From NCBI GenBank assembly GCA_977020255.1, contig CDROCS010002180.1, forward strand, positions 434,001 to 498,000: a DNA stretch of 64,000 bases, read 5' to 3'. The notes beneath the pieces were generated by a model. The model saw only the letters and a program-made list of their open reading frames with translations, had not been told where the DNA came from and ran no database searches. The position numbers and the translations under genes were made by a program. Origin of the DNA: Obrimoposthia wandeli (Eukaryota). Below are positions 62,497-64,000 of the stretch, piece by piece (position 1 is the first letter of the stretch; every line of letters begins with the position of its first letter).

Positions 62497-63618
62497 TTAG
62501 GGTGTCTTATAAGAATTTTCGTTTTATTCATGACCATTAACTTTCATAACTCTATTATACTGAGAGACGTTTGTTAAAATTTTTTCAAACTATATAAATA
62601 ATATATTATGAGCTTTATTATAATGATTGATACAAACATTGAAATTTTGTCAGTTTTAAGATGTTACTTCAAACTTAGTGTGACCGCTTCTGAAGCTACA
62701 AGATTTATATACAAATACGAAAGAGAAAATGTACTTCCACTACGTACAGCTCAAAAGTGTTGGAAAATATTTAAGCCTCAAAGATAGATCTAGATTTGGA
62801 AGGCCATTGTCGTACGATTCTAAAGATCTTTGTACAAAAGTTTAATCTGATCCAAGATGTTCATAAGACATTTAAGTGTAGATTTAGGTTTTTTGCTAAA
62901 GTTATTTCACGCATTTAGGAAGAGTAAATCGAGGGTGTAAAGTTGAACCATACACAATGTCAGGAAAATAAAAAGAAAAGAAATTTGTGAAATGTTGGTG
63001 AAAAATTCATTGGATGATAGATTTTTTTAAATGAATTATTACTAGTGATGAAAAATGGATTTATTTACATAACTCAAAAATGAAATCAGGGGTTAGATAT
63101 TGGTCAGTTCGCAGATCCGGTTGCTAAGGTGTGTTGGAATTTCGAATTTAAGAATTTAAAACATTAAACTCTGATATCTATTGTGGACATTTAGATATAA
63201 TGCAATCATCTTTGAAAGATAAATATCCATGTTTAGTTAACCGAAAGAAAGTAGCACTGCATCATGATAACGCGAGACAATACACCTCTAAAATCGTTTG
63301 AAGAAACGATAAGGTTTTGACGACATCCAATGTTTAACACATCCAGCCTATAGACCAAACTTGGCTTCTTCAGATTATCACATGGTTAGACGATGGCATG
63401 TTTTCTGAAGGCAGGTACTTCGTTGATCTTGATAATGTGGAAAAAGAGTGTCTGGAGTTTTCGAGTCTAAATCTAAGGACTGGTATTTTGTGGAATCATA
63501 CATTTAACAGAAAAATGGCAGTAAACCTTAGATCATGGTGGTTTTTTTTTTAAATAATAATATTTTTTTGTAATTTTCATTTAAATATTTTCTGAAAATA
63601 TTTTTTGAGACAACTTAA
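62497..63618 (+). mobile_element. mariner (DD34D) element, decayed
   Basis: TIR-like TTAGGGTGTCTTATAA / TTAAGTTGTCTCAAAA, TA at the right end; ITSDEKWIY, LHHDNARQYT, HPAYRPNLASSDY. Confidence 0.85.
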
Positions 63619-64000
63619 TAGATTGATTCAAATGTATTTACAATTAAATTGTGTTTCAAAGGCTATTTTAATTTATAAAGGGGTTGTCAGAATTGTTGTA
63701 AGGGGTGTAGAAAAATACCAATATTTTATTATAAAATACAATACAATATTTTAAGTACATTTAGGTCATTTTAGAAACTAAAATTAATTCTGGCGACAGA
63801 TAAAAGAGGTAACAATGTCTATCTTCAAAAATAATCGTTTCTTTAATCCATATCTGGCCGAAGCTGAATTTTCACATTTAACAATAGAAATTCATTAGAA
63901 ATTGATGAAGGTGATAAACAAGGGCTGAAATTTCTTAAGTCAACCTAACCAAATATTCAATATTTGGCTGAAGGATCATATTTAAAAAATGGTATTAATA

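Overview
AT-rich eukaryotic (probably invertebrate animal) genomic DNA with GT-AG introns and many decayed transposons. The centre holds a nearly complete but decaying ~15.3-kb Polinton/Maverick (adintovirus-like) endogenous virus at 13901-29158. It has ~580-bp TIRs, each ending in a ~170-bp hairpin, and a 6-bp TSD AGTTAT, and it sits in what looks like the 3' end of an LTR-retrotransposon LTR. Core genes are a packaging ATPase, a retroviral-type integrase with chromodomain, penton, hexon, adenain protease and protein-primed PolB. Its unusual cargo is a spliced TATA-binding-protein (TBP)-like gene, a BIR+RING IAP, and a ubiquitin-like domain ending LRGG in frame with PolB. Several viral genes carry 40-44 bp spliceosomal introns that the ORF track misses. 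A non-canonical TATAAACAA(T) box lies 31-47 nt upstream of seven viral ATGs, mostly in the virion module, while the TBP gene has a canonical TATA plus a CCAAT/GATA-like motif. This suggests (inference) a self-encoded TBP-driven late transcription switch, analogous to the TATT/vTBP system of beta- and gammaherpesviruses. Flanks: the last five exons of an unidentified host gene (4522-11898, +), and a long multi-exon + strand gene or gene pair starting with a PH domain (32990 to ~58950 or beyond). Its introns contain hAT (Buster), pogo/Tigger, Tc1/mariner elements and MITEs. A 538-N assembly gap lies inside the Polinton. All protein identifications are by eye from motifs; no database searches were run.
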